The notes beneath the pieces were generated by a model. The model made no database searches. It was not told the origin of the DNA and worked only from the letters and a program-made list of their open reading frames with translations. Below are positions 22,463 to 54,731 of a stretch of DNA of 64,000 bases, one piece after another (position 1 is the first letter of the stretch; each line of letters opens with the position of its first letter). The DNA comes from the human T2T-CHM13v2.0 reference genome, Homo sapiens. Location of the stretch: NCBI RefSeq assembly GCF_009914755.1, contig NC_060927.1; one strand, 5' to 3'. The translations under genes were made by a program, and so were the position numbers.

Positions 22463-22777
22463 GAACTTTCTTTAGTTCCCTAATGGATCAGTGTTTAAAA
22501 AAAAAAAGCCTTTGGTCTGATTCCAGCCTTACCTGCCCACCAAATCATCATCTAAATTGCTCCCAGAAAGGCATTTCTAAAAATGAAAATACAAACAAGT
22601 AATTTTCTTTCTAAAATACCATCAATTTTACAAAAAGTATTCAATGGTCAGAATGTAGTTTCTCTCAGCTCCATTTTTACAAGGGCATCTACTGTCCTCT
22701 ATGGTCGGATAACAGATTTTATCTTTGCATTTCCTGTTTCTAAATTAAGAAACGTCTTCTGCTACTGCCTACTAAAC

Positions 22778-23281
22778 TCCTACTCCTGGTGAAGATGCTG
22801 TGAACACTGTTGAAATGGCAACAAAGGATTCTGAATATTACATAAATTTATATGATAAAGCAGTGACAGGGTTTGAGAGGACTTCCTCCAATTTTGAAAT
22901 AGTTCTGTGGTAAAATGCTATCAAACAGCATTGCATGCTACAGAGAAATCTTTCATGAAAGGAAGAGTCAACTGATGCAGAAACTTCATTGTTGTCTTGT
23001 TTTAGGAAACTACCACAGCCACTTGATCAGTCGGCAGCTATCAACATCAAGGCAAGACTTTCCACTAGCAAAAAGATTATGACTCACTGAAGGTTCAGAT
23101 GTTCATTAGCGTTTTTAATAGTATTTTTAATTAAGGTACGTACATTGGTTTTTTTTCAGACATAATAATATTGCACACACAATACACTATAGGGTAAATA
23201 TAACTTTTATATGTACTAGGAAGCCAAAAAGTTTGTATGACTCACTGGAACCAAACCCACAATATCTCTGAGGTATACCTA
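22778..23281 (+). mobile_element. Tigger1 3' fragment
   Basis: cctactcctggtgaagatgctgtgaac...caatatctctgaggtatacct matches the recalled Tigger1 transposase end and TIR. Confidence 0.88.
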
Positions 23282-23299
23282 TATATCATATAAACCTTT

Positions 23300-25975
<2,676 letters not shown>

Positions 25976-26061
25976 GATTGGGCTAGGTGTGCTGGCTCAA
26001 TCTTGTAATTCCAGCACTTTAGAAGGCTGAGGTAGGAGGATCACTTGAGTCCAGGAGTTCA

Positions 26062-26295
<234 letters not shown>

Positions 26296-27321
26296 TCATC
26301 TCTTTTCTTCCCTCTGATCTCTTCCCTTGGTATATTCTGGAACCCTTCAATCCATACCAAAGTCTTTAAATGGCTCTTTCATGTTTTCTTACCTCCTTAT
26401 TTCTCTGGGCTACATTCTAACTGAGTCCAATAAATGCCAATACTTGAATTCTCCCTCTCATGGCACCTAAAGCAGTATTTTTCCTCAGTAACATAATGTA
26501 CTGTTTTAAGAATTTACTTTCAATTTTCGAGACTGCTCCTGTTCCATATCTTGTTTCATCTTCCTTATTTTGTATAAGACAGAATTTCTTCTTTCATCCC
26601 TCTAGCATCTTCAACATACATATTCATTATTTTATTATTTATCCCTCCCCTCTTATGTTTCTGTCATTACCTCCATGGCAGAACCAGATCATATAAAAGA
26701 CAAGAGTGGGAATTTTCAGACTCTTTCCTAAAACAACATTGGGAATTTTCACAGACCCAGTCACCAACCAAATGAACAGACATTTCAATTCAGGTGTCAG
26801 TTATAAGAATTATGTCCATCTTCTCCCTTTCCTCAGCTTTTGATTTCCTGTAAGTGATGTTTTAATAAAAATAGCCATGCAAACTACTACCCTTCTGAAT
26901 ATTAAAGGAGCCTCTATTAATAAATACATGGACAATAAGCACAAACTGGACATCTCAAGGGTAACTTGAGATACACGATTACCCTAAACATAAGCCTATG
27001 CAGTAGTTATTGGCACTTTCCTTCAGCCTGCTTTACAAATGGGGAGACTCACATTAGGCCTTGGCTTCATGTAATAAGCCCGATTCGATTCTCCTATTCT
27101 TCATGAAGCACTTTAACACTCAACAACCAAACTCCTGGCTATAAAGCATATGCTTTTCTGCCCTAAACCCAATCCTGTTCATCACTTTGTAGTTTTCTTC
27201 CATACAAACCACAGAAATACCTACTTTGTTTCTAAATCACTGATGTCGGCTTGTATTATCTTGCTCTTTATTTTTTATTTTTGAGACGGAGTCTCGCTCT
27301 GTCACCCAGGCTGGCGTGTAG

Positions 27322-27546
<225 letters not shown>

Positions 27547-28846
27547 TGAGCAACCACGCACAGCTGTGCTCTTTATTTTTTCTTGTTGTTGTTTGTTTGT
27601 TTGTTTTGTTTTGTTTTGTTTTGTTTTGTTTGAGAAGAAGTCTTCCTCTGTCGCCAAGGCTGGAGTGCAGTGGCGCAATCTTGGCTCACTGCGACCTCCG
27701 CCTCCTGGGTTCAAGCAGCTCTCCTTGAAATTAGCACCACATCCAGCTAATTTTTGTATTTTTAGTAGAGACAGGGTTTCACCATGTTGGCCAGACTGGT
27801 CTCAAACTCCTGACCTCAACTGATCCACCTGCCTCAGCCTCCCAAGGTGCTGAGATTACAGGCATGAGCCACCACACCCAGCCTAAAGAAGTACTATTTT
27901 TAATACAATAAAACTGGAAACAGTTCAAATAAAATCTAGTTAAATAAACCATGACCCAACTATTTTAGGAAGTACTGCCAAAATAATAAAAATCAGAAGG
28001 TAAATTCATAGAAAAAAATGTGCCCAAAAGACTGCCACATAAAAAAATTACAAACGTTTATAAATTTTAAATATAGCCAGTAAAAAATATTAATAATTAA
28101 AATTACAGTAAAAATAACATGAAGCAGATTTCAAGAGAGAAACAGTAAGAAGAAGTTGAAAGGTGGGTTAACACCAAATTATGGAAGGTACCAGAGTCCT
28201 GACTACTGATCATTATCTTTCAGAAAATAAGAAACAAAAAGTTTCAGCCGAAGACAGCTGGGTGTGGTGGCTCATGCCTGTAATCCCAGCACTTTGGGAG
28301 GGTGAGGCGGGCAGACCACTTGAGGTCAGGAGTTTGAGAGCAGCCTGGCCAACACGGTGAAAGCCTATCTCTACTAAAAATACAAAACAAACAAACAAAC
28401 AAACAAAAAATTAGCTAGACGTGGTGGCAGGCACCTGTAACCCCAGCTACTCGGGAGGTTGAGGCAGGAGAATCGCTTGAACCTGTGGGGCAGAAGTTGC
28501 AGTGAGCTGAGATCGTCCACTGTACTTCAGCCTGGCTAATAGAGAGAGGCTCATTCTCCAAAAAAAAAAAGTTTCAGCAGAAAAGACACAGCATAAGAGT
28601 ATAATTAGAAAAGAGTAATATGGATGAAGAGAAGAATACCATGAATTAAAACTGAAAACACTTCTATTGGTCAATGTTTTATTTCAAATATAGATGATGA
28701 TAAGAGTTTGTTAATATTAAAAATAAGGACTGGCATTAAGCTTTAATACAATATGCATGAAAATTATTTTTACATAAATATCTCATAAAATAAAGGCTTA
28801 CATTTAAAGAAAAGGAAGTAAGGCCGGGCACAGTGGCTCACGTCTA

Positions 28847-29163
<317 letters not shown>

Positions 29164-30326
29164 TTACATAAAAATACATTTCTGTCATTTTTCTGCTTGT
29201 ATTTCTACCTAAAGGTGGGAAGCAATAGAAAAGGTCTTTAAAATTAATGCTTCCGTAGCTTGTTAACAATTCTTCTATTAAAGTATAATGAGGCCGGGCA
29301 TGGTGACTCATGCCTGTAATCCCAGCACTTTGGAAGGCAGAGGTGGGTGCATCACTTGAGGTCAGGAGTTTCAGACCAGCCTGGCCAATATGGTGAAACT
29401 CCATCTCTACTAAAAATACAAAAATTAGCTGGGCGTGCTGGCACACACCTGTAATCCCAGCTATTCAGGAGGCTGAGGCACAAGAATCCCTTGAACCCGG
29501 GAGGTGGAGGTTGCAGTGAGCCACTGCACTCCAACCTGGGCAATGGAGCAAGACTCTGTCTCAGAAACAAAAGTATAATGAATAAATTATCAAGCTTAAT
29601 GGCAAAAGGTCACAAATCTATTTTTATATTAAACTTATATAATTTAAATATTGTCATCCATTGCTTTGGGTAACTGGAAATTCAATACATGTTTCACCAT
29701 TTAGCATCATCCCACTAATCCACCTCCTTCCCTGCCCACACAAATTCCAGGACTCTTGAACACAACACGTCAATCTGGTAACATACATAAAAAGAAAGAA
29801 ACACTAAACACCCTTAAGGGCTTCAAAAAGAAATACAGGTAAAAAATATAATAGAAAGTATACTAATGAAAAGTTGTCTGTTTTAGTTCTAATAGTAATT
29901 CCGTTTCACAATTACCTAATTTTTTTTTTTTTGAGATAGAGTCTGGCTCTGTACCCCAGGCTGGAGTGCAGTGGCACAATCTCGGCTCACTGCAACCTCC
30001 ACCTCCTGGGTTCAAGCAATTCTCCTGTACACTTCTCGTGAAAGGTGAAATAGTACAATTTATGGGAGAGAAATACAGTATTTATATATTTCACAATTTA
30101 AAAATATCCTTTAGCCAAATAATTCCACCTCTAGCATTTTAAAATGTTTAAAAATGTAGAGACGAACATAAATAATAAACACATTTAATGATAGTGATAA
30201 AAATATACACACTAAAGAAAAATAATTATGGCTTATCCTTACAATGCATTAGTGAGAATGGTGCTCCTGCAGAATACTTAGTATTTATGGACTAAATGAG
30301 AAGAGATAAAAGAGTAAGAAAGTTAT

Positions 30327-30672
<346 letters not shown>

Positions 30673-31005
30673 TCACTACTTAAGAATTCTTTTTTTATAT
30701 CCCTTCTTCTTTCAAATACTCTGAAAGACACATGTGTTACTTACACTAAATCAGATTCAAAAAAAAAATATCAAGACAATAAAAATTCTCTTGGGCAGCT
30801 TCTAGTAGACCTTTTTACTTAGAACAATTTAAACAAAAGTACATCTTACGATTAAACAGCCATTCCTGACACTCTTTGCAAAACAAAGCAAAATAATAAC
30901 CTTTCAGGATAAACTGAAAGGTTGCTTACATAATCAACAGAAGTATATAAAGTGCCAATATACACACTAACTGATTCCACCCAAGTTATTAACTGTATTG
31001 CTTTA

Positions 31006-31245
<240 letters not shown>

Positions 31246-31288
31246 TTATATAAAATGATCACTACTATAGAAGAAATATAATCCCTAA

Positions 31289-31671
<383 letters not shown>

Positions 31672-32739
31672 ATGATGTTTTAAAAATTGCTTTAGTGTTT
31701 TGTACAATAATAATGCCAATGTTGAATATTTTAACCTTGCCCCTTCTTGACATTTCCTTCTGCATACATTCATTGATACTCTCCTACTTCCTCAGAAATC
31801 TTGTACAGAAAACATTTCTGGGAAATGCCATATATTCAACTTCTACCCCTACTGAAATGCTCAAGTATTTCTTAGTCATGCAACAAATATGCTGAACGTA
31901 TCTGGAACTATTTCAGGTACTGGCAATACAGCAATAAACAAAACAGACAAACATTCTTGCCCTGATGGAGTTTACATTCTTTAATTAACATACCATCCCC
32001 TCCCCCCAACTTTATTTTAAAAAGTTAATACTTGCTATAATCTTATCTCTATCTCACCTTTAGGGCCAAGGATCATTTGAAAAAATTGTTGGCAGTCACT
32101 GTATCTATTCCTGTTAATTTCATTCATTCATACATTCATTCATTCACATACAAACTCATTCTACAGTTGCTACTTCACCAAACTCACCAGTGACACCAAC
32201 GTTGCTAAATGCAATAGACATTTCTTGAAACTCTCTTAACAGACAAGACTTTTTTCCTTTCCTTTCAGTTATCTTTCCCCTCCCTGTATTTCTTACCTGC
32301 TAGTATTACCTAGAGGTCTCCCCTAAGTATCTTTTCTTCTCAGTCCTTATGCTCTCTATTGAGTAATTTAATTCATTCCCATTATATGCCTGCTTCACTT
32401 ACCAATTTATGGTCTCTCATCTCCAATGAGATAAGTGTCTCCAATGAGAGACAATAAATTGAAATAAATTTGCCCTGCTTTTTGACACTGAAGCTGGACC
32501 CTGTAAACATTTATCTTTTGCCATCTGCTGCAGTATTAGGCTTTGTAAAAGGAAGGTACTAGAGGAACACTACAAGGCATAGCTTGGAGGGGCTTCTTTT
32601 CCTTATTATAGTACCTGCTCCCTGCATTTGCTTTTACTGTGTTTCTGACAGTATAGTCCTCTTTTCACTTCTGTTAGTAGTTAATGGCCCTCTAACCATT
32701 TCTGTGTGTGGATTAATATATAGAGTTCATTGCTTAATT

Positions 32740-35640
<2,901 letters not shown>

Positions 35641-35917
35641 ATAACAAAGTCACTCTTTGAGCGGGTATCAGTAGCTCAGGCAGTTGGAGGAGCGGCCCGG
35701 CAGCCCAGCTCACTGAGGCTCTCTGTGCACCATGGCCCACTAGCACCCAGTATGTACTCTCCCCACTGCAATGATGCCCAAGAGGAAAGTCAGCTAAACA
35801 GAGGTGGAAGTCAAAGTGAAGAAAGAGTCAAAGAGGAAGACAGGCATGGTTGTCAGCTAAACCTGCTCCTGAAAAGTGGAAATGAAGTCAAAAAAGGCAG
35901 CAGGAAAGTACAAACAG

Positions 35918-36175
35918 GGCCAGGTACAGTGGCTCACACCTGTAATGCCAGCAGAGGTCAGGGCAGGCAGATCGCTTGAGCCCAGGAGTTCAAGACCAGC
36001 CTGGGCAACATGGCGAAACCCTGTCTAGACAAAAAATTACAAAAATTAGCTTTCATATATGTGTATATATATTTGTATATATATTTGTATATAAATATAT
36101 ATTTGTATATAAATTTGTATATAAATATTTATAGATACATATATATATACACACACACACATATATACATGTAAA
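35918..36175 (+). mobile_element. Alu left monomer plus TA-rich repeat inserted in the HMGN1 pseudogene CDS
   Basis: Alu left arm to aaaaattagc, then ~120 nt of (TA/TG/CA)-type repeat. Confidence 0.85.
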
Positions 36176-36753
36176 AGGTATAAAGAAAAGGGAAAAGGGG
36201 AGCAAAGAGAAAAGAGGCTGATCAGGCTAACCAAAAAACTATAGATTTACCTGCAGAAAATGGACAAAGCAAAACCAAGAAGAGTCCAGCTTCTGGTGAA
36301 GCCGGAGAAAAAGAAGCCAAGTCTGATTAATATCATATACTATTATCAGTGGTCCTTCTATTCTAGTAGAATCCAGAGGAATATTTTTATCAACTATTGT
36401 ATAAATGCAAGTTTTTTAGTAGATCTAGAAACATTTTTAAGAAGAAGGGAATCCTACCCACATCCCATTTTTAAAGTGTAAATGCTTTTTGTTTTTAAGA
36501 GGTGAAATCATTCACTGGTTATCTTTTGGTACAACCAGAAAATAGTGTGGGATACTGAATTGTTGTCGGAGGCTTTGACTGTGTTGGGTGTCAGCTTAAC
36601 ATTCCATAGATGGGGGTTACTTTTCATATCCTAAAAGACAAAGCATATAAAATGGCAACATGGAGTTATAGTCCTGAATTTAAAAAAAAAATTTTGCATT
36701 TTAATGTCTTGGATATTTTAAATTATTTCTATTGCATGTTTTTTTATAGCAGA

Positions 36754-43585
<6,832 letters not shown>

Positions 43586-44761
43586 TTTATTCACAAATAA
43601 TGAACAATATAGAAAGTACTGATTTAAACTTCACCACTTAAAAATTAGAAAAGACTTAACCATTATAAGCAGTAACATAGCATATACCCATATATTTTGC
43701 TGTGTGAAAGGCAATAATATATGTCAAAAGCTTTCAAAACAAACAGCATATACTAACAAACTTCACTTCTAGAAATTTAGGATTAAAAAAAACAATGGCT
43801 ATACAGCAAAACTTACTTGCAAAACAGTTCATGTCAGCATGGTTTAGAATAGTTAAGAATTTTTAACATAAATGCTCAACATGGCACCAACTCTGCAATT
43901 GGTTTGTCAGTGTCCCACATTAACTCCCTGGGCCTGGTCATTCAGTTTCCAGCCTCTGCTGAGTCCCTCATACTATTCCAAGTGTAGCAGGGGAAATTGA
44001 GAGGCCCTTCCTCAAGCTCTGGTCTTAATGGAGGTACAAGGGAGACATCTACAGGGAACCATGAGATCATTGGTGTTGGAAATGCTAAGTCAGTCCTTCT
44101 TTAGGCTGGATGTTGGTAGTGGTCATCACAAAGTCCATATATTTTATATCCAGGCCTTCACCTGGCCTATGGACTTATACCCATGTGCCTGGTTTATCAG
44201 TTCAATGGTTCTTCAGCCCATTACAGATAAGGAGCTATACTGAAGATCAAGGAGGAACCACTGGAGTCTGAATGTTCCTGAAAGATTGACTTAGTCCTAG
44301 CTTAGTCCTCATAAAACCTGGTAACAACAGGGTTGGTACTTTTACTCTCTATTTTACAGGAGTTATAACAGATTGTTAAAGGACAACCAAGAAAGGACAA
44401 AAGAAGTGACAGTCAGAGGTTGAGAGGAGCCAGAAAAAATCTAGCAGACATCTGCCACCACATTGTAACATGGTGGTTCCTATCACAACGCTGGGTCAAA
44501 AAGAGATTGATTTGGTTTATAATGCTAAACCAAGAGGGTGGGCAAATAAAAATTTTGGTATTTAAAAGAAAAAAAAACTTTGGAATTTGAATATTATGAA
44601 ATTCCCAACAGTCTACATTAAACTACCAAATAATTTTAAAGATCCAATTTTTATAAGTGACCTGTTAACTTACCCTTCTGGTACTCATTAATCTTTTGTT
44701 GTGCATTCTCCATCTTCTATGTATGAATAGACATTTAAAAATAAAAACTGTATCTTTTTAT

Positions 44762-45226
44762 TGTTAGATATGAGTTCTAAATTTCTTTTCAAAGAAAAGT
44801 ATGTTCAATTCTTTGCCTTCTACTTTTAAACTTAACTTCCTCATAAAGCAACCTTTTCCAATTACCTGCTCCACCCTGACTCATTCCAATCACCTGCTCC
44901 ACCCTGACTCATTCCAATCACCTGCTCTGTCATAACCATTTTTCCCACCAAACCACTCACCCCGTCACTCTCTTTAAATTAGCCAATCGGAATTAGTTTA
45001 GCCTGGGTGGTCTAACCCTAGCCAATAAGGGAATGACACAGCAGCAGGCGCCACATGCGTCAGGGATAAGAACCCCTTCCCCTCCCTTGTCCAAGTGTGC
45101 ACTCACCATTGTTCCATCTGTAAGGGCGCACCCTTCTATAGAAGTACCTTGCCTTGCTGAGAATTAAAAGAACATTTTATATTCAAGTGCTATTTCTTTT
45201 GCAGCACTGAAACTTTATATACAACA
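44762..45226 (+). mobile_element. LTR10 (LTR10F-like) ERV1 solo LTR
   Basis: TGTTAGATATGAGTTCTAAATTTC...ACAACA termini; 4-bp TSD ttat; internal 28-bp repeat carrying TGACTCA. Confidence 0.85.
44856..44927 (+). promoter_or_regulatory. Tandem AP-1 motifs (TGACTCA at 44877 and 44905) in a 28-bp repeat; AGCCAAT boxes near 44981 and 45020
   Basis: Motifs read directly; activity not shown. Confidence 0.55.
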
Positions 45227-45369
45227 TTATTTACCTCTCCTACTCAGCCTATGCAAATATGAAAGTTAAATAATGTTGAGAATATAGAAGTGCTGGTTCT
45301 CACTAAGAGAAAAAAATCCATAATAAAACACGAGAGACTAAAGAGGGGTTAAGGTTAGAGAGGTGCTGA

Positions 45370-47330
<1,961 letters not shown>

Positions 47331-49755
47331 AAAGCCAAAACAAAGCTCAAAGTAGAAATTCAGGAAGTTGTTTATGTTACATTGTTGGCACAATCAAGAA
47401 ATGGGACTGATTGAGTTAGGTGGAAGTACAGACAGCCATGTGAACTAATTTGTGTGAATGTATAGACTGAAATATAAATAAAACAAATTTCTAGAATACT
47501 ACTTTCTTATACTGGTTGACATTTTTTCAATACTGTAAATATGGCATGAACATGCACTATTTACTTACTAGATTATGTAGTAGTAACTTCAGTAAAAATC
47601 AAGTATTTCCTACCACAAAAGGGTTAAGCATTTGGGTACACAGACTTCTTTTCATCAAAAAAGCACAACATTGGTGAAACCCCATCTCTACTAAAAAATA
47701 CAAAAAATTAGCTGGGTGTGGTGGCGCACGCCTGTAGTCCCAGCTACTCAGGAGGCTGAGGCAGAAGAATCACTTGAACCCAGGAGGCACGGGTTGCAGT
47801 GAGCCAAGATCATGCCACTGCACTGCACTCCAGCCTGGGCGACAGAGTAAGGTTCCGTCTCAAAAAAAAAAAGGTACAACATTACAAGGATTCAGCTGTA
47901 CACACATAAAACTTAAACAGGTTCTAACGAATTATACAATAGCCTGCTGGTGGGGTGGTAAATTCTCTTTAGGAAAAATAAAAAAGTTTCTTTAAGGAGA
48001 CAGTACTTAATCTGAATCCTGTAAGTGAAGAATTTCAAGTTGGGGAGAACAAATTCAAGTAAGCAAACATGTGGGCAATTCATTCTCCTACCTTTAAGCA
48101 AATCTAGTCTTATTTCCAATTCTGCAGTTATATCCTGAGATTGCCAGGATAGCAATGAAACTTGCCTATGGTCTCAGAAAAATCACATGGTAGTAATGGG
48201 AACTAGAATAGTCAACAGCTTCCAAGTGCAAAACTCTCACTTTTCCCAAAATACGTTTGTAAAGAATACTGTACCACCAAATACTTCTACAAATGAAGAA
48301 ATAATACAAAAAGTTACTATACTGCATGTCTTCCCCCATTATTTTTTTCCTTTAAATAAAAGTAGAGGATAAAAGCAAGTGTATAGCAAAATACAAGAAG
48401 TCTTTCATCTTGTTTTTTATTTTAAGGTTGGCCTGGAGGAGTAATTAATTAAAAATTCTGGCAAACAAGAGGGAAAAATGACTTAACTTATCAAAAAACC
48501 AGTCTTGTTGTGTAACTCACTGTAAAAGACATATAGACAATAACTGGTTAAGCAACATAACCATCAGTTGCAGGGGGTGGATCATTCCTGTGTCATGACT
48601 CTAACCACCGAACTAGATTTTAAATGTTCATAAGATGATTACAAACTATAAAACTGGCTATTTGGTGATATTAATAAAATATTTTATACTGGGACTTCAC
48701 AATGATATTGTGGTGGTGTGGAAAAAAAAAAAAAAAAAAAAGAGGGCTGGGTGCGGTGCCTCAGGCCTGTAATCCCAGCACTTTGGGAGGCTGAGGCGGG
48801 TGGATCACCTGATGTCAAGAGTTCGAGACCAGCCTGGCCAACATGACGAAACCCCATCTCTACTAAAAAAAAAAAAAAAAAAAAAGAAAAGAAAAAATTA
48901 GCTGGGCATGATGGTGAGGGCCTATAATCCCAGCTACTCAGGAGGCTGAGGCAGGAGAATCGCTGAACCCAGGAGGTGGAGGTTGCAGTGAGCCAAGATT
49001 GTGCCATTGCACTCCAGCCTGGGCAACAGAGTGAGACTCGATCGGTGGGGGGGAAAGAAGAAACAGGCCCTTATTTTTAGCAATACACACTAAAATATTT
49101 ACAGATGGAATGATGTCTAGAATGACCTTAAAAATAACATAGGATGGAAAAAAAGGAGGAGGGGTGATGAGATGAAACAAGATTGGTCATGATTTGATAA
49201 ATGCTAAATCTGGGTAATGGCTATATGGTGGGTTCATTATATGATGTCTCCTATTAAAAGGAGGCTAAGAGTTTCCATTAGAAGAATTTTCATAAAATAG
49301 AAAAGAATTACTAATAGCAAATCACATCATAAAAGCAAACATAGAACAGTATAACCCTTAACCCCTTGACAAGCAGATAACAGTATCTTCTATAGGGTTT
49401 ATGCATGCTTAAATTATGACTGATGCTCGTACAATACATTAAGCTATCTCTCAAAGTAGGATTATCTAGAGCTCTTCTAAACTTCCCAATCAGGTTATCA
49501 ATGAGAATATACTCTGAGACTGGCCCCAAACTCCAAAACAGTACTTGGGAGCTCATAAGAAATCAGAGTTGCATCTGAAAAGCAGCAAGTCTTAACTAAC
49601 TAAACCTCATTCACTGTTAGTGACCTTCTCTATGCCTTCACATGGACTACCATTTATTTACAAAGAGAAGGAGGGCAACAAAATCATACTACAATCATCT
49701 CCTTTTTCTGATCACTGCCAAGACAATTTATGTGAAAAAAAGTTTCCAATCTCTA

Positions 49756-49995
<240 letters not shown>

Positions 49996-50807
49996 TTAGC
50001 GAACAAATTAATAAGTATAATGCATTTCTGTTTCACTACTTTCCTTACCACCTGCTATATGGCTGATTAGAAGTGGTTTATACTTCTACTTTCAGAGAAA
50101 CTCTCTAGCAAACTAAAAATGTTATCCTCCCTTCCTAATTTCACATAACAGTGAGTGAAATGAATCCCCCAAATAAAGAGGGAAATGAAGAGGAAGAAAT
50201 GATTGTGGAAATGATAGCTGCTATACAAAAATAAATGCAAAATATAACTGCAAAAGACTAATTCTTCAGTACAAAAATATGAAGGCTTAGGAATATTTTT
50301 ATTTATTTTGTTTATTTTATAAAGTCATGAAGGGCAGTGTTATGCCAGTCTTTTCAAAAAAAAAATACAAACACCTAAGTTATAAGTATTAAGACATACG
50401 GCCGGGCACGGTGGCTCATGCCTATAAATCTCAGCACTTTGGGAGGGTGAGGCAGGCGGATCACCTGAAATCAGAATTTGGGACCAGCCTGGCCAACATA
50501 GTAAAACCCCATCAGTACTAAAAGTACAAAAATCAGCCGGGCATGGTGGCGCATGCCTGTAATCCCATCTACTCAGGAGGTTGAGGGAGGGGAATCATTT
50601 GAACCCGCGGAGGTTGCAGTGAGCCGAGATTACGCCACTGCACTCCAGCCTGGGCAACAGGGCAATACTCTGTCTGAAAACAAAATAAACCAACAAAAAA
50701 GACATAAAGGATACTTAGCATATAATTTACAAACAATAATAAAACACAAAACACTCTTTATTGTAAATTCCACATAACCGATTCTCACAAAATAATTTTA
50801 AAGATAA

Positions 50808-51063
<256 letters not shown>

Positions 51064-51139
51064 TGATCCACCTGCCTCGGCCTCCCAAAGTGCTGGGATT
51101 ACAGGTGTGAGCCACCGTGCCCAGCCAATTATTGGAATC

Positions 51140-51825
51140 TAACCTACAGCTGCAACTGATGAATGAATAGGAATTTTAACATGAAAGGTGGTTTCTATTT
51201 TTGTTCACTTTAATGAGTAGGATGCAAGTAAAATTATAAAGACATTTGTTGAAACTTCATTCATTAGTCAATGGTGTGAGCAACTTCTCTGCTGACTCAG
51301 ATAAGGGCTGAGGAAACATGCTTCCTCAATTTTTTGTTATTGTATTGTAATGGGTATAGACCATCCGATACACCTTTAAGTTGAATCTGCATTGTTAACA
51401 ATTTCTCTATCACTTTCTTAAGTCTATAATCAACAAAACAATAAATTAAGCATTGATTTTTATCATTTGCTGATTTTCACGGTGTACATATTCCTACCAT
51501 AGCCAATTTCAAATGACCAAAGTGGCATAACCAAAGTGAGGTGGGAAGTGACAAACAGTAGTACAGCATTAAAACATATTTCTACCACAAAGACACAACA
51601 GGTTTAAATAACAACTTCAAGAGCATAAATAGTAACATGAAATAATTAGGAAGTGATGAATTTTGAGTATTTACTATTTTTATTTTTCATATGACATTTA
51701 ATTTAAGCTTATATAAGTTAACTTTTTAAAACAGATATGTTGTGTTTAGCTACCTTGCAAAATTCCTAAAAATTTAATATTTAACTCTCACAGGCCAATA
51801 CAAGCTGGCTTCAACACAGCATTGA
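51140..51825. mobile_element. MER63-family (hAT) DNA transposon
   Basis: gctgattttcacggtgtacatattcctaccatagccaatttcaa...aaataattaggaagtgatgaattttgagtattta...ctggcttcaacacagcattg; left boundary uncertain. Confidence 0.65.
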
Positions 51826-52619
51826 AAAGGTTTAGACAGCATGAACAAGAATCTCTTCACTAAATTCTACATTACTGCATAAAATTGTAAAGAGTAGGAA
51901 AAGTACATAGCAAATGGTAAGTCCAACTCACAATCTACTATTTCTCAATCTCCTTCACCAAATGCTCTTTTAGGCTCATTCCCTCTTCCTTAAAGCTCAA
52001 CTGTTAGGTCTGCTCTTCTCCATTTATATTACACTCCCTTGGAGATTTCATCCAGTTAATGTGTAACTTCTATGCAAATGACTTCAATACCCTATCAGTA
52101 CACCTGACCGCATTCCAGATCTCTGACTCAGGATTTTTATCTTGCATGCATGACATACTTACTTGAATGCCACCTCAAATTCACCAAATGCCACATCTAA
52201 AATTGAATCCAATCCTGACTTACCTCTGACTTTCTACTCACAGAGATACAATTAATTAACTGATTTAAGTTATGCATACGTATGCTTTAAGTTATTATAC
52301 AAATTTATTGTCACCATTATCCTGTCTATAAACTCGAATTGATAGAATGATATCAGTCTTCTTGTGCCTCCTGCTAACATAATCCTACCTCAGCCATCCT
52401 TCTCAGAACAATATAATCTGTTTCTCACTCTTTCCAGGATTATTACCACAATCACCACTCCCCATGATAATCTCAATTTATCTCCCTACTGCTGCTTATT
52501 CAAGCCATTCTACACACCGCTGCCAGTAATATTCTCACATCATTACTTACCCACTTGTAAATCTTCAAAGTTATCATATTACTCTAACTTATATATCTTT
52601 AAAGTTAATCTGGTATTTA

Positions 52620-53360
<741 letters not shown>

Positions 53361-54731
53361 CAGTCAATCTTATTTGTCTCTACTAAAGAACAATGAATCA
53401 TACTGCTTTTTCTCCTCACTACAATCCAAATAGGCCATGTTCAGTATAGACTATGTGTCAGTTTACATATGTTATCTATAATACATATGCACAAAAACCT
53501 TGTAAGAAGCATGTTATCTTCCTGATTTTATGAATGAGGAAATGAAAGATCTGAAAACCCGATAAACTTGTCCACAGTCGCACACTTAGTAAGTGGCAGA
53601 GTCCAGTTAGATCTCAAGATCAACCTGAATTTTCTATTTTCATGTTAAGATACTACAATGCAAATACTATGTTTCGTATTTATCTTGTGTGGACAAAATC
53701 TCCAAGTGCTTTTGATGCTTACAAGTGTCCAGGCAACTATAGGAGCAGGTTGGTTCTAGAATATAATTACTGACCCATTAGTGAAACTAACCTATTCTTC
53801 AGCAGTATTGTTTATTGATGCCCCTACCAAGAGTCAGAAAAGTACAATTTGTTTAATAATGCTGCCAACTGCAGTCAGCTTAAACAGTGAGAACTATTGC
53901 CAACAAACAGCTAATGCACTGTTATGTGTTAGTATGTGTATGTTTAATTATTAAGACATAAGAAAACAAATTCTAGGCTTTTGAAAAAGAAAATTTCGAG
54001 CAACAGAAAATATATAAGAATACAAGGAAAAGTTTCACTTTATCTCATCCTAACTCTGAATCCCATCTGCAGAATACCACTGTTAATAGTCTGACGCTGC
54101 CATAAATATTTAGGCTTTTGCATCTCTCTGTCTCTCTCTCTCAAAATATAAATATCAATATTTCAATTTTTTAAGTGTTACATACATGAGAATCTTCCAT
54201 ATAAATATTTTAGATTCCTGAATGGCACTCCATAATATGCACTGAACTTATTTAGCTACTTCCTTATCAATGAGCACTTAGTTTGTCTCTAGTTTTGCAC
54301 TATTACAAACAGGGCTGAAATGACTGTTCTTGTACATAAATAAATCTTACTACATAATCAAGTTTCTCTTTAGGATATATGCAGTGAAAATGACAGGTCA
54401 AGGGGTATGGAAATTCAAACTTTGACCAATTGCTCTTCAAAACTCCTGCAAATGGCTAATGTTCACATTTATAACACTACTAGACATAAATTAAGAGCAT
54501 GGAAGAGTAAGATCAAATCTTGTTTAAAAAATGATTTTGCTCCCTAGAGCTCTCTAAATTCTGTCTACCTCTTTCTATCTCCAGGGTAACTAGTTTATCA
54601 TCTTTTCCCTAGATACTGCAACATCCTTCTCCTGACAGGTCTCCTTGTTTCTAGTGTTGGCCTTTCCCATCTAATACTATACTGCACCAAGTAACTTTCT
54701 AAGTATATAGCTTATTATATCTCTATCATGC

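Noticed and set aside
32470-32660. Possible old LTR16/LTR33-like fragment (similar impression at 43880-44460)
   Set aside because: Resemblance too weak to assign family or boundaries without a profile search.
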